A stretch of DNA of 37,669 bases from the NCBI GenBank assembly GCA_031261865.1, contig JAISIV010000019.1:1-37669 (forward strand). Reading direction: 5' to 3'. This DNA is from Lactobacillaceae bacterium (GTDB taxonomy: Bacteria > Bacillota > Bacilli > Lactobacillales > Lactobacillaceae). This document shows positions 8,439 to 17,823 of this stretch, piece by piece (within the stretch, counting starts at the first letter, position 1; every line of letters starts with the position of its first letter). Below the pieces are notes generated by a model that had not been told where the DNA came from, did no database searches, and saw only the letters and a list, made by a program, of their open reading frames with translations. The position numbers and the translations under genes are program-made.

Positions 8439-9653
8439 ATGGCTAAATTAACTGTTAAAGACCTTGATGTTAAAGGCAAAAAAGTTTTGATGCGCGTTGA
8501 TTTCAACGTGCCGATTAAAGATGGTGTAATCGGAAACGACAATCGTATCGTTGCCGCACTACCAACTATCAAATATGTCCTTGAACAAGGCGGAAAATTA
8601 GTGTTATTCTCACACCTTGGACGTATTAAGTCTGAGGATGATAAAGTTGGATTAACCCTTGAACCAGTTGCGGCTCGTTTGTCTGACTTACTAGGACAAC
8701 CAGTTGAGTTTGTTGACAAAACTCGTGGTACTGAATTAGAAGAAGCTATTGATGCGTTGCAAGATGGGCAAGTTTTGATGGTTCAAAACACTCGTTATGA
8801 AGACTTCGTCGATGGAGTTGAAACCAAGTACGAATCTAAGAATGATCCTGAATTGGGTAAGTATTGGGCTTCTCTTGGTGACGGGATTTTCGTTAATGAT
8901 GCATTCGGTGTTGCTCACCGTGCGGCTGCTTCAAACGTTGGTATTGCTGAAAATGTTGCTCAAACTGCCGCTGGTTTCCTAATGGAAAAGGAAATCAAGT
9001 TCTTAGGTGAAGCTGTTGAAAATCCAGTTCGTCCATTCGTTGCCATTATCGGTGGCGCAAAGGTTTCTGACAAAATTGAAATTGTTAAATCTCTTTTGGA
9101 TAAAGCTGACAAAGTTATTATCGGCGGTGGAATGGCTTACACCTTTGATGTTGCTAATGGCAAGTCAATTGGAAATTCTTTGTTCGAAGAAGACAAAGTG
9201 GAATTAGCTAAGGAATTAATTGCTTCTGCCGGTGACAAACTGGTTTTGCCGGTTGATGCCGTTGCAGCAAGCGCATTCTCAAATGATGCTGATACTTATA
9301 TTGCTGAAGACGGCATTAAAGACGGCTACATGGGTCTTGATATCGGACCTAAGTCAATCGAATTGTTCGAATCAGTAATCAAGGATGCTAAAACTATCGT
9401 TTGGAACGGACCTATGGGTGTCTTTGAAATGCCTAACTTTGCTAAGGGTACTTTGGCAATTGGTGAAGCTCTGGTTAAAGCAACTGAAGAAAATGGCGCA
9501 ACTACGATTGTTGGTGGTGGAGATTCTACGGCTGCCGTTCAACAACTTGGCGTTGCAGACAAATTGAGTCACATTTCTACTGGTGGTGGAGCATCTCTCG
9601 AATATCTTGAAGGAAAAGTTCTTCCAGGCATCGCCGCTATTTCTGATAAGTGA
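8439..9653 (+). CDS. pgk: Phosphoglycerate kinase
   Basis: [43 protein letters not shown]; SD AGGAG; TATAAT at 8413-8418. Confidence 0.98.
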   Translation: MAKLTVKDLDVKGKKVLMRVDFNVPIKDGVIGNDNRIVAALPTIKYVLEQGGKLVLFSHLGRIKSEDDKVGLTLEPVAARLSDLLGQPVEFVDKTRGTELEEAIDALQDGQVLMVQNTRYEDFVDGVETKYESKNDPELGKYWASLGDGIFVNDAFGVAHRAAASNVGIAENVAQTAAGFLMEKEIKFLGEAVENPVRPFVAIIGGAKVSDKIEIVKSLLDKADKVIIGGGMAYTFDVANGKSIGNSLFEEDKVELAKELIASAGDKLVLPVDAVAASAFSNDADTYIAEDGIKDGYMGLDIGPKSIELFESVIKDAKTIVWNGPMGVFEMPNFAKGTLAIGEALVKATEENGATTIVGGGDSTAAVQQLGVADKLSHISTGGGASLEYLEGKVLPGIAAISDK

Positions 9654-9764
9654 TTACTTAACGAACGTAGTGAGTTTAGTTAAGAACTATACACTTTGTG
9701 TGCAAATGACTTCCTGCAACTTTTTGCGGATTACAGTCAGAATTTAAGTGGAATGCTTCATAAA
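9647..9764 (+). repeat. Structured hairpin element, copy 2 (GTA triloop, tandem GA mismatches), overlapping the pgk stop
   Basis: TAAGT-GA-TTACT-T-AAC-GA-AC-GTA-GT-GA-GTT-T-AGTTAA-GA-ACT, then ACAC-TTT-GTGT; covaries with copy 1. Confidence 0.65.
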
Positions 9765-9793
9765 GTCTGGGGTTTCGTATCCCAGACTTTTTT
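9762..9793 (+). terminator. Intrinsic terminator downstream of pgk
   Basis: AAAGTCTGGG...CCCAGACTTT plus T-tract. Confidence 0.85.
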
Positions 9794-9864
9794 ACATACA
9801 AAAATTTTCTAAGTTAATAGTGGAATACAATTGATTTAATAAATAAGGTAAGGATTTCAAAAAA

Positions 9865-10461
9865 GTGAGACAAACAGTTTATCTAGTTCGGCACGGACAA
9901 ACGCTATTTAATCAACTGCATAAAATTCAAGGGGCTAGCGATTCACCGTTAACGGATTATGGAATTTCTCAGGCTAAAATCGCTAAAAAATACCTAGAAG
10001 ATAATGACATTAATTTTGATGCTGCTTTTTCTTCAACCCAAGAAAGAGCAGTCGATACTTTGGAGTTGCTCACTGATCAGCCATATCAAAGGCTCAAAGA
10101 TTTTAAAGAATGGAACTTCGGAGTTTTTGAATCCGAGAGCGAAGCACTAAATCCCAAACACCCAGGGAAAAACTCGTATGGTGATTTCTTTGTTGAATAT
10201 GGCGGTGAATCAGTTAATCAAGTCGCAAACAGAATGAACACCGGTTTAAGAAAATTATTTGAGGACAAAACCAATAAACAAATTCTGGTTGTTACTCATG
10301 GGGGTGCTATGCATGCGTTTAGACTAGCTAATCTGCATGATAATGATCCTGAACGATTGGCGGTACCGAATTTAGCATTTATGGTTTTTGAATACGATGA
10401 TATTCTGGATGAGTTTTTCTTAAAAGAAGTGGTTCAGCATGATTTTTCGCAACTAATTTAA
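9865..10461 (+). CDS. Histidine phosphatase / phosphoglycerate mutase family protein
   Basis: LVRHGQT, DSPLT, EWNFG, VVTHGG. Confidence 0.92.
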   Translation: MRQTVYLVRHGQTLFNQLHKIQGASDSPLTDYGISQAKIAKKYLEDNDINFDAAFSSTQERAVDTLELLTDQPYQRLKDFKEWNFGVFESESEALNPKHPGKNSYGDFFVEYGGESVNQVANRMNTGLRKLFEDKTNKQILVVTHGGAMHAFRLANLHDNDPERLAVPNLAFMVFEYDDILDEFFLKEVVQHDFSQLI

Positions 10462-10464
10462 TCT

Positions 10465-10511
10465 AATAAAAAACGGTGTTTGTCAACTTAAGACAAACAC
10501 CGTTTTTTATT
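10465..10511. terminator. Bidirectional terminator
   Basis: AATAAAAAACGGTGTTTGTC / GACAAACACCGTTTTTTATT between convergent genes. Confidence 0.88.
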
Positions 10512-10513
10512 TA

Positions 10514-11230
10514 TTAGAAGAACCACATATAAAAGATTGCAGCTAAAGCTCCTCCGAATAGTGGAGCTGTTCCGGGAACGATTAACCCATATTTCCAATC
10601 TGGGTTGGTTTTGTTTTTGATGGGTAGCATCCAATAAGCAATTCTTGGTCCCATATCACGAGCCAAGTTCATCGCAAACCCAGTAGTTCCACCTAAACTC
10701 ATACCGATTGCCCAAACCAGAAAACCAATTCCCAGTGGTGCAAGTCCATTTGTGTGGACATTTGCCGAAATGCCGAGGATCGATAAAATAAAGACAAAAG
10801 TAGCGAAGAACTCGATGAACCAATTTAGAGGAAGATTTCGAACTGCGGGAGTGGTCGAGAAGGCCGTTCTTAACCTAACCGGATCAATATCGCTCGAAGC
10901 ATCAAACTGATCTTTATATAGGACATAAACAATTAGTGAAGCAATAATCGCTCCCAAGATGTCCGCAATGGAATAAACGATTGCTTGTAAAATTGAAGCG
11001 TTTCCTAATACCACTTGAGCAACTGCCATAGAAGGATTGATGAAAACATCTCCAAATATCCAAAGAGAAACGGAAATACCAAATCCCCAAGTACTAATGG
11101 CAAATAGTTCCCCTTGACCTTTGAACTTTGATTTGTTCAACAACACAGCAGAATTAACGCCAACTCCAAATAAAATCATTAAACCTGTGCCGAAAAATTC
11201 AGCTAAAAAACGATGTAACGTGATATCCAT
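10514..11230 (-). CDS. glpF: MIP-family aquaglyceroporin (GlpF, LarD/lactate-channel-like)
   Basis: AEFFGT, INPS, EFFAT, GGTTGFAMNLARDMGPR. Start moved to ATG 11230 (SD AAGGAG). Confidence 0.9.
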   Translation of the reverse strand: MDITLHRFLAEFFGTGLMILFGVGVNSAVLLNKSKFKGQGELFAISTWGFGISVSLWIFGDVFINPSMAVAQVVLGNASILQAIVYSIADILGAIIASLIVYVLYKDQFDASSDIDPVRLRTAFSTTPAVRNLPLNWFIEFFATFVFILSILGISANVHTNGLAPLGIGFLVWAIGMSLGGTTGFAMNLARDMGPRIAYWMLPIKNKTNPDWKYGLIVPGTAPLFGGALAAIFYMWFF

Positions 11231-11323
11231 TTTCACTCCTTGATAATCTTTTAATAATATATCAGTCAAAGGCAGATGTGACAACTTTTTCCGTATAATA
11301 TGAATAATCTTTAAAGGAGAATT

Positions 11324-12709
11324 ATGGAAACAGAAAATAAACTAAATAGAACGTTCGGATTCTGGTCCGCCATTTCGATGGTTATCGGTACTGTTATTGG
11401 ATCCGGAATCTTTTTCAAACAGGGACGAGTTTTAGCAGAAGCTGGTTCGTCCACAAATGCTATTCTAGCTTGGATTGTCAGTGGCTTTATTGCATTGGCA
11501 GGAGCTTTAACTATTTCCGAGTTAGCTTCACGTGTCCCTAAAACTGGTGGACTTTATACATATATCGAAGCTCCTTTTGGTCGGGCAATCGCATTTTTAG
11601 CTGGTTGGATGCAAGTAATTTTTTACGGTCCGGCCATGATTGCTGCCGTTGCTTATTTCTTCGGAACACTTCTTTTGAATCTTTTGGGAATACCTCAAGA
11701 TCACAAGATTCTTGGATTGTCGACCGGTTTGTTGACAGGCTTAGCTACGATATTGTTCATTGCCGCGATTAACCTTTTTGACAACAATGTTTCAAGAAGA
11801 TTCAATATTGTAACTACCCTTATCAAATTTATCCCAGTCGCTGGACTAATTTTTTACGGTTTGTTCTTCGGCCGCGCAGATGCTCTAGGCCAAACAGTTA
11901 ATCATATTGCTAATTCGACTGCTAGTTCCGGTTTTGGAGTAGCAATGTTATCTACTTTATTTGCCTATGATGGTTGGGTTATTGCTTCAGCACTCGGTGG
12001 CGAAGTTAAGAATTCATCAAAAACTCTTCCCAAAGCCCTTGCAATTGGAATGACTTTTGTTCTTATTGTTTATACTGCAGTTACTTGGGGAGTTTTGAAA
12101 TCATTGCCTGCACAGGATTTGGTTCATTTGGACACACAAGCCCCATACTACATTGCTACAAAGGCCTTTGGAGATATTGCAGGAAAACTAATGGCTGTCT
12201 TTATCTTAGTTTCCGTCATTGGAACTATGAATTCCAAGGTTCTAGGTTTCCCTCGTATTGTGTATGAAATGGCTGTTGAAAATAATTTCCCATTTGCAAA
12301 GCAATTCAGCAAGCTTGGACAAAAAACTAAAACGCCTTATGTTGCAGTTATTTTCATAGCAGTTATGGCAATCGTGATGTTGTTCTTAGCTGGAGCACAA
12401 GACCTTTCCGATTGGGCCATCTTGTTGACTTATATCTTCTATACAGTTGCTTTCGTCGGATTATTCGTTTTAAGAAAAAAACATATAGGAGACGATTCTG
12501 AATACAGAGTACCGTTATTCCCGGTAGTTCCTATCGTGGCTATAGCAGGTTCAATTTTCATCATTACTTCCACTTTAGTTGCAGCCGTTCAAGGTGCAGC
12601 GAACAAGGACGCCACACAGCTAATCGGTATTATCATCAGTGTTGTAGTTGTCCTACTTGGTTATCCAGTCTATAAGTACTTAGAACATAAGAATGGACAA
12701 TCCAACTAA
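11324..12709 (+). CDS. APC-family amino acid permease
   Basis: IGTVIGSGIFF, ELASRVPKTGGLY, LFAYDGW, YRVPLFP; about 12 TM; SD AAAGGAG. Confidence 0.92.
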   Translation: METENKLNRTFGFWSAISMVIGTVIGSGIFFKQGRVLAEAGSSTNAILAWIVSGFIALAGALTISELASRVPKTGGLYTYIEAPFGRAIAFLAGWMQVIFYGPAMIAAVAYFFGTLLLNLLGIPQDHKILGLSTGLLTGLATILFIAAINLFDNNVSRRFNIVTTLIKFIPVAGLIFYGLFFGRADALGQTVNHIANSTASSGFGVAMLSTLFAYDGWVIASALGGEVKNSSKTLPKALAIGMTFVLIVYTAVTWGVLKSLPAQDLVHLDTQAPYYIATKAFGDIAGKLMAVFILVSVIGTMNSKVLGFPRIVYEMAVENNFPFAKQFSKLGQKTKTPYVAVIFIAVMAIVMLFLAGAQDLSDWAILLTYIFYTVAFVGLFVLRKKHIGDDSEYRVPLFPVVPIVAIAGSIFIITSTLVAAVQGAANKDATQLIGIIISVVVVLLGYPVYKYLEHKNGQSN

Positions 12710-12784
12710 AACACATTGATATTTTGAATTTTTACACTGCCGTCAGATGACGTTTGGTAAGCGAATCTAGTCAAGTAACCTCAT

Positions 12785-12822
12785 ATAAAAAGATCCGTTT
12801 ATTTCTGAACGGATCTTTTTAT
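12785..12822. terminator. Bidirectional terminator
   Basis: ATAAAAAGATCCGTT / AACGGATCTTTTTAT between convergent genes. Confidence 0.85.
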
Positions 12823-13772
12823 TTGCCGCGATGGCTTAACTTTTCAATTAATTTAATCAATACATTTCGAGAATCCTCGTCAACTACATCGATAGAATTT
12901 AGAATAGATTCGGCGTTTTTAGTGTGCGTTAGTGCTAATTCAACTGTTTTTTGGAGTGCAGATGAATTTTTAACTAAGCTCGCAACGGAAGAAAATTCCT
13001 GGTTTTTGACCATTTCCTTGACGCTTGGATTGTCGTCAATTGTATAAAGCAATGGAGCAGTGTAAATACCTCGTTGCAAATCCTGGAATAAAGGTTTTTC
13101 GAGATTCTTATCATCTGAAGCATAATCCAGATAGTCATCCATAATTTGGAATGCCATCCCAATTTCAAAACCAAGTGCTTTCATTTGATCAAAAGCTTCT
13201 CGATTTTCAATTGCACCAAAACTCGTCGCTAATTCGAACAAAGCCGCTGTTTTACCGTAGATTTGAGAGTAGTAGTCATCAAAGGTGACATCTAAATCAA
13301 AACGGTTTCTCTTTTGTATTAATTCACCGTTAAGTATTTGATATAAAGCATTGACGGCCATATTGTTGACTTCGAAGTTTTTAGCGTCGTTAAGAAGCTT
13401 ATACATTGAAACAAACAATAAGTCACCGGAATAAACAGCAACATCTTCACTATACCGAGCATTGAGGGTTGCTGAACCACGTCTTAAATCAGAGTTGTCA
13501 ATAATGTCATCGTGAATCAAAGTGGCATTATGTAAAACCTCGACAGAAGCAGCCAGAGTAGTTGAGACATCCGAAATCTCACCATTAAGCATCTTGTTGA
13601 TTAATAAGGTGATTGTGGGTCGAACCATCTTACCGCTAGTGACACTTTGCCTCACGACACGATATATCGATGGATCGTCGATTTCAATATTTTTTTCGAT
13701 CTTTTCAGAAACGACTTTTAAATTTTCATTGATTTCTTTTGAAGTTTTTAGAAAGTCAATTGAAGAACTCAT
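12819..13772 (-). CDS. Polyprenyl (heptaprenyl) diphosphate synthase, HepT/DmkB-like
   Basis: GKMVRP, LIHDDIID..LRRG (FARM), GKTA, FQIMDDYLD (SARM). Confidence 0.92.
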   Translation of the reverse strand: MSSSIDFLKTSKEINENLKVVSEKIEKNIEIDDPSIYRVVRQSVTSGKMVRPTITLLINKMLNGEISDVSTTLAASVEVLHNATLIHDDIIDNSDLRRGSATLNARYSEDVAVYSGDLLFVSMYKLLNDAKNFEVNNMAVNALYQILNGELIQKRNRFDLDVTFDDYYSQIYGKTAALFELATSFGAIENREAFDQMKALGFEIGMAFQIMDDYLDYASDDKNLEKPLFQDLQRGIYTAPLLYTIDDNPSVKEMVKNQEFSSVASLVKNSSALQKTVELALTHTKNAESILNSIDVVDEDSRNVLIKLIEKLSHRGK

Positions 13773-15436
13773 TATTTATCAGAGTCCAATTCGTCGTAGC
13801 TGATTTGTTTTTCGCCGTACCAAAAGTTTTTCCAAGTTTTCTTAGCAAAACGCATAACCCAATGATCCAAACCAAAGCTATAACTAACACCATTAGCTAG
13901 TGCTAGAGATGCGAATGATAATAGGACGCTAGTCAACGTAAATCCATTCACGAAACCAAAAATTAAAGTAACTAAGAATCCAAGTGCTGCTAGAGGTGCT
14001 CCGAACAAACCAGCAAGAACACCGAGACCAATAATTACGCTAACGAAATCAGCAGACGCGTTTCCAGTGAAAGTTGGAACATTCATGGAATTACCAACAC
14101 CTGCATTTATAAAGGCAACACCGACAGCAATTCTAAGTAATAGTGTCCATAGAACATTTCCGCGTCGGCTCACCATACCGAAGAATGGTTCACGTCCGTT
14201 TTCCATACGGAAGATTTCGTCATTTAGATACTTGATGATTGAACCACCAGCTTTAATTTGCATGAAGTAGAACAAGTTAATACCGTGTTTTACTAAGTTT
14301 GCAAAGAAGCCACCAAAGTTGAAGTGTCCGAATAGGGCAGCTACTGTGTAATGAGAACCAATCGAAACTGCATAACCCCAATCAACACGCTTGAATTTTA
14401 CTAAAGGCTTACCTTTGATTTCGTTAACGATATTAGCGGCAGCTGCAGTGACCATTGATTCGCCACCTTGCACAGTTTGGGGTGTTGGACCGGCAACGGG
14501 ATCGACCCATTCAACTGCATCCCCGGCAGCGTAGATGTCATCGAATCCGATAACGCGCATATTTTCATCAACTTTTACTCGTCCACCGCGGCCTTCTTCA
14601 TATTTGAGACCCCACTTTCCAAGCAAAGATTTGTTTTTAACTCCAGCAGTCCAGATTAATGAACGAGTTGGAAGAGAAGAGCCGTCTTTGAACAAAACGG
14701 AGTTTTCAGTAACACCAGTTACTTGAGCACCTTTTTGAATAGTTACGCCGTGATCTGTCATGTAGCGCTCAGCTTTGTCAGCTAAGTTTCGGTCAGTCAA
14801 CATATTCAAAATAGTTGGTGCCGCTTCAAGCATGGTTAACTTGATATCGTCTGGGTTTAGTTTAGTTTCCTTTGCAATCACTTCACGCCATTCGATTAAT
14901 TCACCAACTAATTCAACACCGGTAAATCCGCTGCCGACAATCATAATATTTAGCATTTCTTCACGCTTAACTGGATCGGCTTCGAGAGATGCATCTGTGA
15001 TTACTTCACGGAGATGTTCGCGGATAGCTAAAGCTTGTTCGAAAGACCAAAGTTCGTATCCGTATTCTTTAACTCCTGGAGTTCCAAAGTCGTTGCTTTC
15101 GCCGCCGGTTGCTACTAGTAGTTTTTCATAAGGAATTTCACCTTGATTGGTAGTGATGATCTTTTTCTTGGCGTCAACTTTTGTAACTTCTGCAGTGACA
15201 ACTTTCACGTTTGGAGTTTTGTGGAACCATTCACGTAAATCTTCTTGAACATGATCAGGCATTACACGTTCAGCAGCCACTTCGTGCAATTCAGTCATGT
15301 AAGTCATGAAACTGTGTTTGTCGACAACAACCACTTGATAATCTTTATTATTTTTTAGTTTTTTTGCAATTTTTTTCGCACCGAAAATACCGGAAAAACC
15401 AGCACCTACGACGACGACGTTTTTCTTTTCTGACAT
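13772..15436 (-). CDS. Type II NADH dehydrogenase with C-terminal membrane (DoxX-like) extension, EET-type Ndh2
   Basis: GAGFSG, TELHEVAA, GSGFTGVE, WTAG, AAGD; hydrophobic C-terminal ~120 aa starting WTLLLRIAVG. Confidence 0.85.
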   Translation of the reverse strand: MSEKKNVVVVGAGFSGIFGAKKIAKKLKNNKDYQVVVVDKHSFMTYMTELHEVAAERVMPDHVQEDLREWFHKTPNVKVVTAEVTKVDAKKKIITTNQGEIPYEKLLVATGGESNDFGTPGVKEYGYELWSFEQALAIREHLREVITDASLEADPVKREEMLNIMIVGSGFTGVELVGELIEWREVIAKETKLNPDDIKLTMLEAAPTILNMLTDRNLADKAERYMTDHGVTIQKGAQVTGVTENSVLFKDGSSLPTRSLIWTAGVKNKSLLGKWGLKYEEGRGGRVKVDENMRVIGFDDIYAAGDAVEWVDPVAGPTPQTVQGGESMVTAAAANIVNEIKGKPLVKFKRVDWGYAVSIGSHYTVAALFGHFNFGGFFANLVKHGINLFYFMQIKAGGSIIKYLNDEIFRMENGREPFFGMVSRRGNVLWTLLLRIAVGVAFINAGVGNSMNVPTFTGNASADFVSVIIGLGVLAGLFGAPLAALGFLVTLIFGFVNGFTLTSVLLSFASLALANGVSYSFGLDHWVMRFAKKTWKNFWYGEKQISYDELDSDK

Positions 15437-15491
15437 ATAAAAAAATCCTCTTCTAAATAATGAAACTTATATACAATCATAATATAGTTCT

Positions 15492-16244
15492 ATGACTCAA
15501 ACCTCAAACAATTCGGGAGTTTCAGTGGAAAAATTGGCATTTAATTATGAAAATAAACCAATTTTTAACAATCTCAATATAAATTTCTCAAAAAACCATT
15601 GGACGGCAATAATCGGTTCTAATGGGTCCGGTAAAACCACGCTATTAAGACTGATTGCTGGTTTAGAAGAAGCCACCAGTGGCACGATAAATACTTTTGG
15701 ACAAAAACCATCAGTCGTTTTTCAAAATCCGGACACCCAGTTTTTCAGTAATACAGTTGAAGACGATATTGCGTTTACTTTGGAAAATATGAAAGTTAAC
15801 CCCTCAAAGATGAGCGGCATTATTCAAACTACGCTAAACAGTTTTGGAATAGCTGAATTGGCCAAAAAAAATCCACAGGAATTGTCTGGCGGACAAAAAC
15901 AAAAAGTCGCGTTGATTTCGGCTATTGTCTCTAATTCTGAAATTTTATTGCTGGATGAAGTGACATCGATGCTCGATCCTTACGACCGGCAGATAATTTT
16001 AGAAACAATCCGCAATCTTACTGGCCAAACAATTATTTCGATTTCCCATGACGCAGAAGAAATCATGATGGCTGATACTGTAGTTGTTTTAAAAGATGGA
16101 AAGGTCATCGCCCAAGACGCGCCAGTTAAAATCCTGAGTGACAAAAAAATAGTCAAAGACAATCATTTGCCAATTTCCAAGCAATCGATTTATTCACCGT
16201 TATTTAATGGCAAAATTCCTAAAAAAGTCTTGGAGGTATTGTAA
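15492..16244 (+). CDS. ecfA1: ECF transporter ATPase EcfA
   Basis: GSNGSGKT, VFQNPDTQF, LSGGQKQ, LLDEVTSMLDP. Confidence 0.9.
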   Translation: MTQTSNNSGVSVEKLAFNYENKPIFNNLNINFSKNHWTAIIGSNGSGKTTLLRLIAGLEEATSGTINTFGQKPSVVFQNPDTQFFSNTVEDDIAFTLENMKVNPSKMSGIIQTTLNSFGIAELAKKNPQELSGGQKQKVALISAIVSNSEILLLDEVTSMLDPYDRQIILETIRNLTGQTIISISHDAEEIMMADTVVVLKDGKVIAQDAPVKILSDKKIVKDNHLPISKQSIYSPLFNGKIPKKVLEVL

Positions 16245-17014
16245 TGTCAATCATTTTTAATGATGTCTCATTTAAATATGAGAGCTACGTCACATTACAA
16301 AATATCTCGACTACGATTCCAGAAAATAAGACCACGGTTATTATTGGAAAAACAGGCTCTGGTAAATCTACTTTCATTAATTTAGTGGACGGCTTATTAC
16401 TTCCGGATAGCGGGAATATTGTAGTTGATGATTCAGAAGTGACTAGAAAAACCAAAGAAAAAGCTCTCGCTAATATTCGTCGGAAAATTGGTTTCGTGTT
16501 TCAACAACCGCACAAGCAGCTTTTCGCAAATTCAGTACTTGAGGATGTTTCTTTTGCTTTAAAGAATTTTTCAATGGATTTAAGTTTGGCCAAAAAGACG
16601 TTAGATCGAATTGATTTCCCAAACGACTTAAGAGAAAATTCAGTTTTTGATTTATCACTCGGCCAACAACGAATGGTGGCGGTAGCGGGAGTTATGGCTT
16701 ACCAACCTAAATATTTGATATTCGACGAACCCACTTCAGGGCTTGATCAAGAAAATAAAGAAATCGTTTTTAAACAAATTACTACTGCCCCACAAACTAA
16801 AATAATAGTCACCCATGATTTGGATACTTTTTTGCCGATTGCCGACAATATTCTTGTTTTTAACCAGGGTCAAATTTATAAACAGGGAACCTACGACCAA
16901 ATCTATGGCCAACATGATGAATTAATTTCGCGACCCACTTTTCAAAGAGTGGCTGATGTTTTAGGACTAGGGGTGGTTCATTCTGTCGAGGAATTAGGAG
17001 GAAGGATTAAATGA
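16244..17014 (+). CDS. ecfA2: ECF transporter ATPase EcfA'
   Basis: GKTGSGKS, VFQQPHKQLF, LSLGQQR, FDEPTSGLD. Confidence 0.88.
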   Translation: MSIIFNDVSFKYESYVTLQNISTTIPENKTTVIIGKTGSGKSTFINLVDGLLLPDSGNIVVDDSEVTRKTKEKALANIRRKIGFVFQQPHKQLFANSVLEDVSFALKNFSMDLSLAKKTLDRIDFPNDLRENSVFDLSLGQQRMVAVAGVMAYQPKYLIFDEPTSGLDQENKEIVFKQITTAPQTKIIVTHDLDTFLPIADNILVFNQGQIYKQGTYDQIYGQHDELISRPTFQRVADVLGLGVVHSVEELGGRIK

Positions 17015-17823
17015 ATACCAATCTTTTTGGTCGTTTTATTGACACTAACTCCTTTATTCAACGCTTAGATCCAAGATTCAAAATTGTTGTCAATTTGCTA
17101 TTCACGATTTCGGTAGTTTTATTGAATCGCCCTTTATCGCTGTTGGTCGCAGCAGTTTTCGTTCTATTAGTCGTTAGTTTGAGCCGGATTTCTTTAATTA
17201 ATTACATAATTGGACTTAAATTAATTATTGGAATTGTCATTTTTTCGGCGGCTCTCCAACTAGTTTTTATTCGTCCAACTGCCACTCAGGATCTTTTATT
17301 TAATATTTACGGGTGGACAATCTCTAAAACAGCAATCAATAATTCCATAGTTGTCTTGGTACGTTTTGTCTTGATGATTATTTTGACAACCGCTTTTACG
17401 GCGTCTACTTCTAGTTCTCAAATCGCTGAGGCAATTAGAAAACTTTTCTTGCCGCTAGAAAAAATTAAAGTCCCAGTTGAAAATTTCTCGTTAATGATTT
17501 CTATCGCCATCCGTTTTATTCCAATTATCGGCGATGATTATAAAACGATTGTTAATGCTCAAAAATCTCGTGGTTTAAACTTCTATACCGGCGGGCTAAT
17601 CAAGAGAATGAAAGCCTTTTATCCGATTATCGTGCCGTTACTTGTTCAAAGTATCAATCATGCTTTGAATTTGGCTGATGTCATGACTGCACGTGGATTT
17701 GTAGATTCTAAAAATAGAACACATTTTCATCAACTGCATTTAACCAAAAGAGATTATCTAAGCGCTGTGGTGGTGACGAGTTTTATCATTGCAATCATTT
17801 TTTTAAATTATGCAAAACTATAA
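17011..17823 (+). CDS. ecfT: ECF transporter transmembrane subunit EcfT
   Basis: RLDPRFK, IAIRFIP, AQKSRG, MTARGF. Confidence 0.92.
   Translation: MNTNLFGRFIDTNSFIQRLDPRFKIVVNLLFTISVVLLNRPLSLLVAAVFVLLVVSLSRISLINYIIGLKLIIGIVIFSAALQLVFIRPTATQDLLFNIYGWTISKTAINNSIVVLVRFVLMIILTTAFTASTSSSQIAEAIRKLFLPLEKIKVPVENFSLMISIAIRFIPIIGDDYKTIVNAQKSRGLNFYTGGLIKRMKAFYPIIVPLLVQSINHALNLADVMTARGFVDSKNRTHFHQLHLTKRDYLSAVVVTSFIIAIIFLNYAKL

Noticed and set aside
7889-9690. CRISPR array
   Set aside because: Only two diverged copies, about 1.76 kb apart, with genes between them and no cas genes.
11231-11284. GlpF start at 11284
   Set aside because: The SD and family N-terminus support 11230; this segment is the divergent promoter region.
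12754-13047. 97-aa plus-strand ORF and the other short ORFs nested in or antisense to core genes
   Set aside because: Shadow frames of well-supported genes, with no SD or recognisable motifs.
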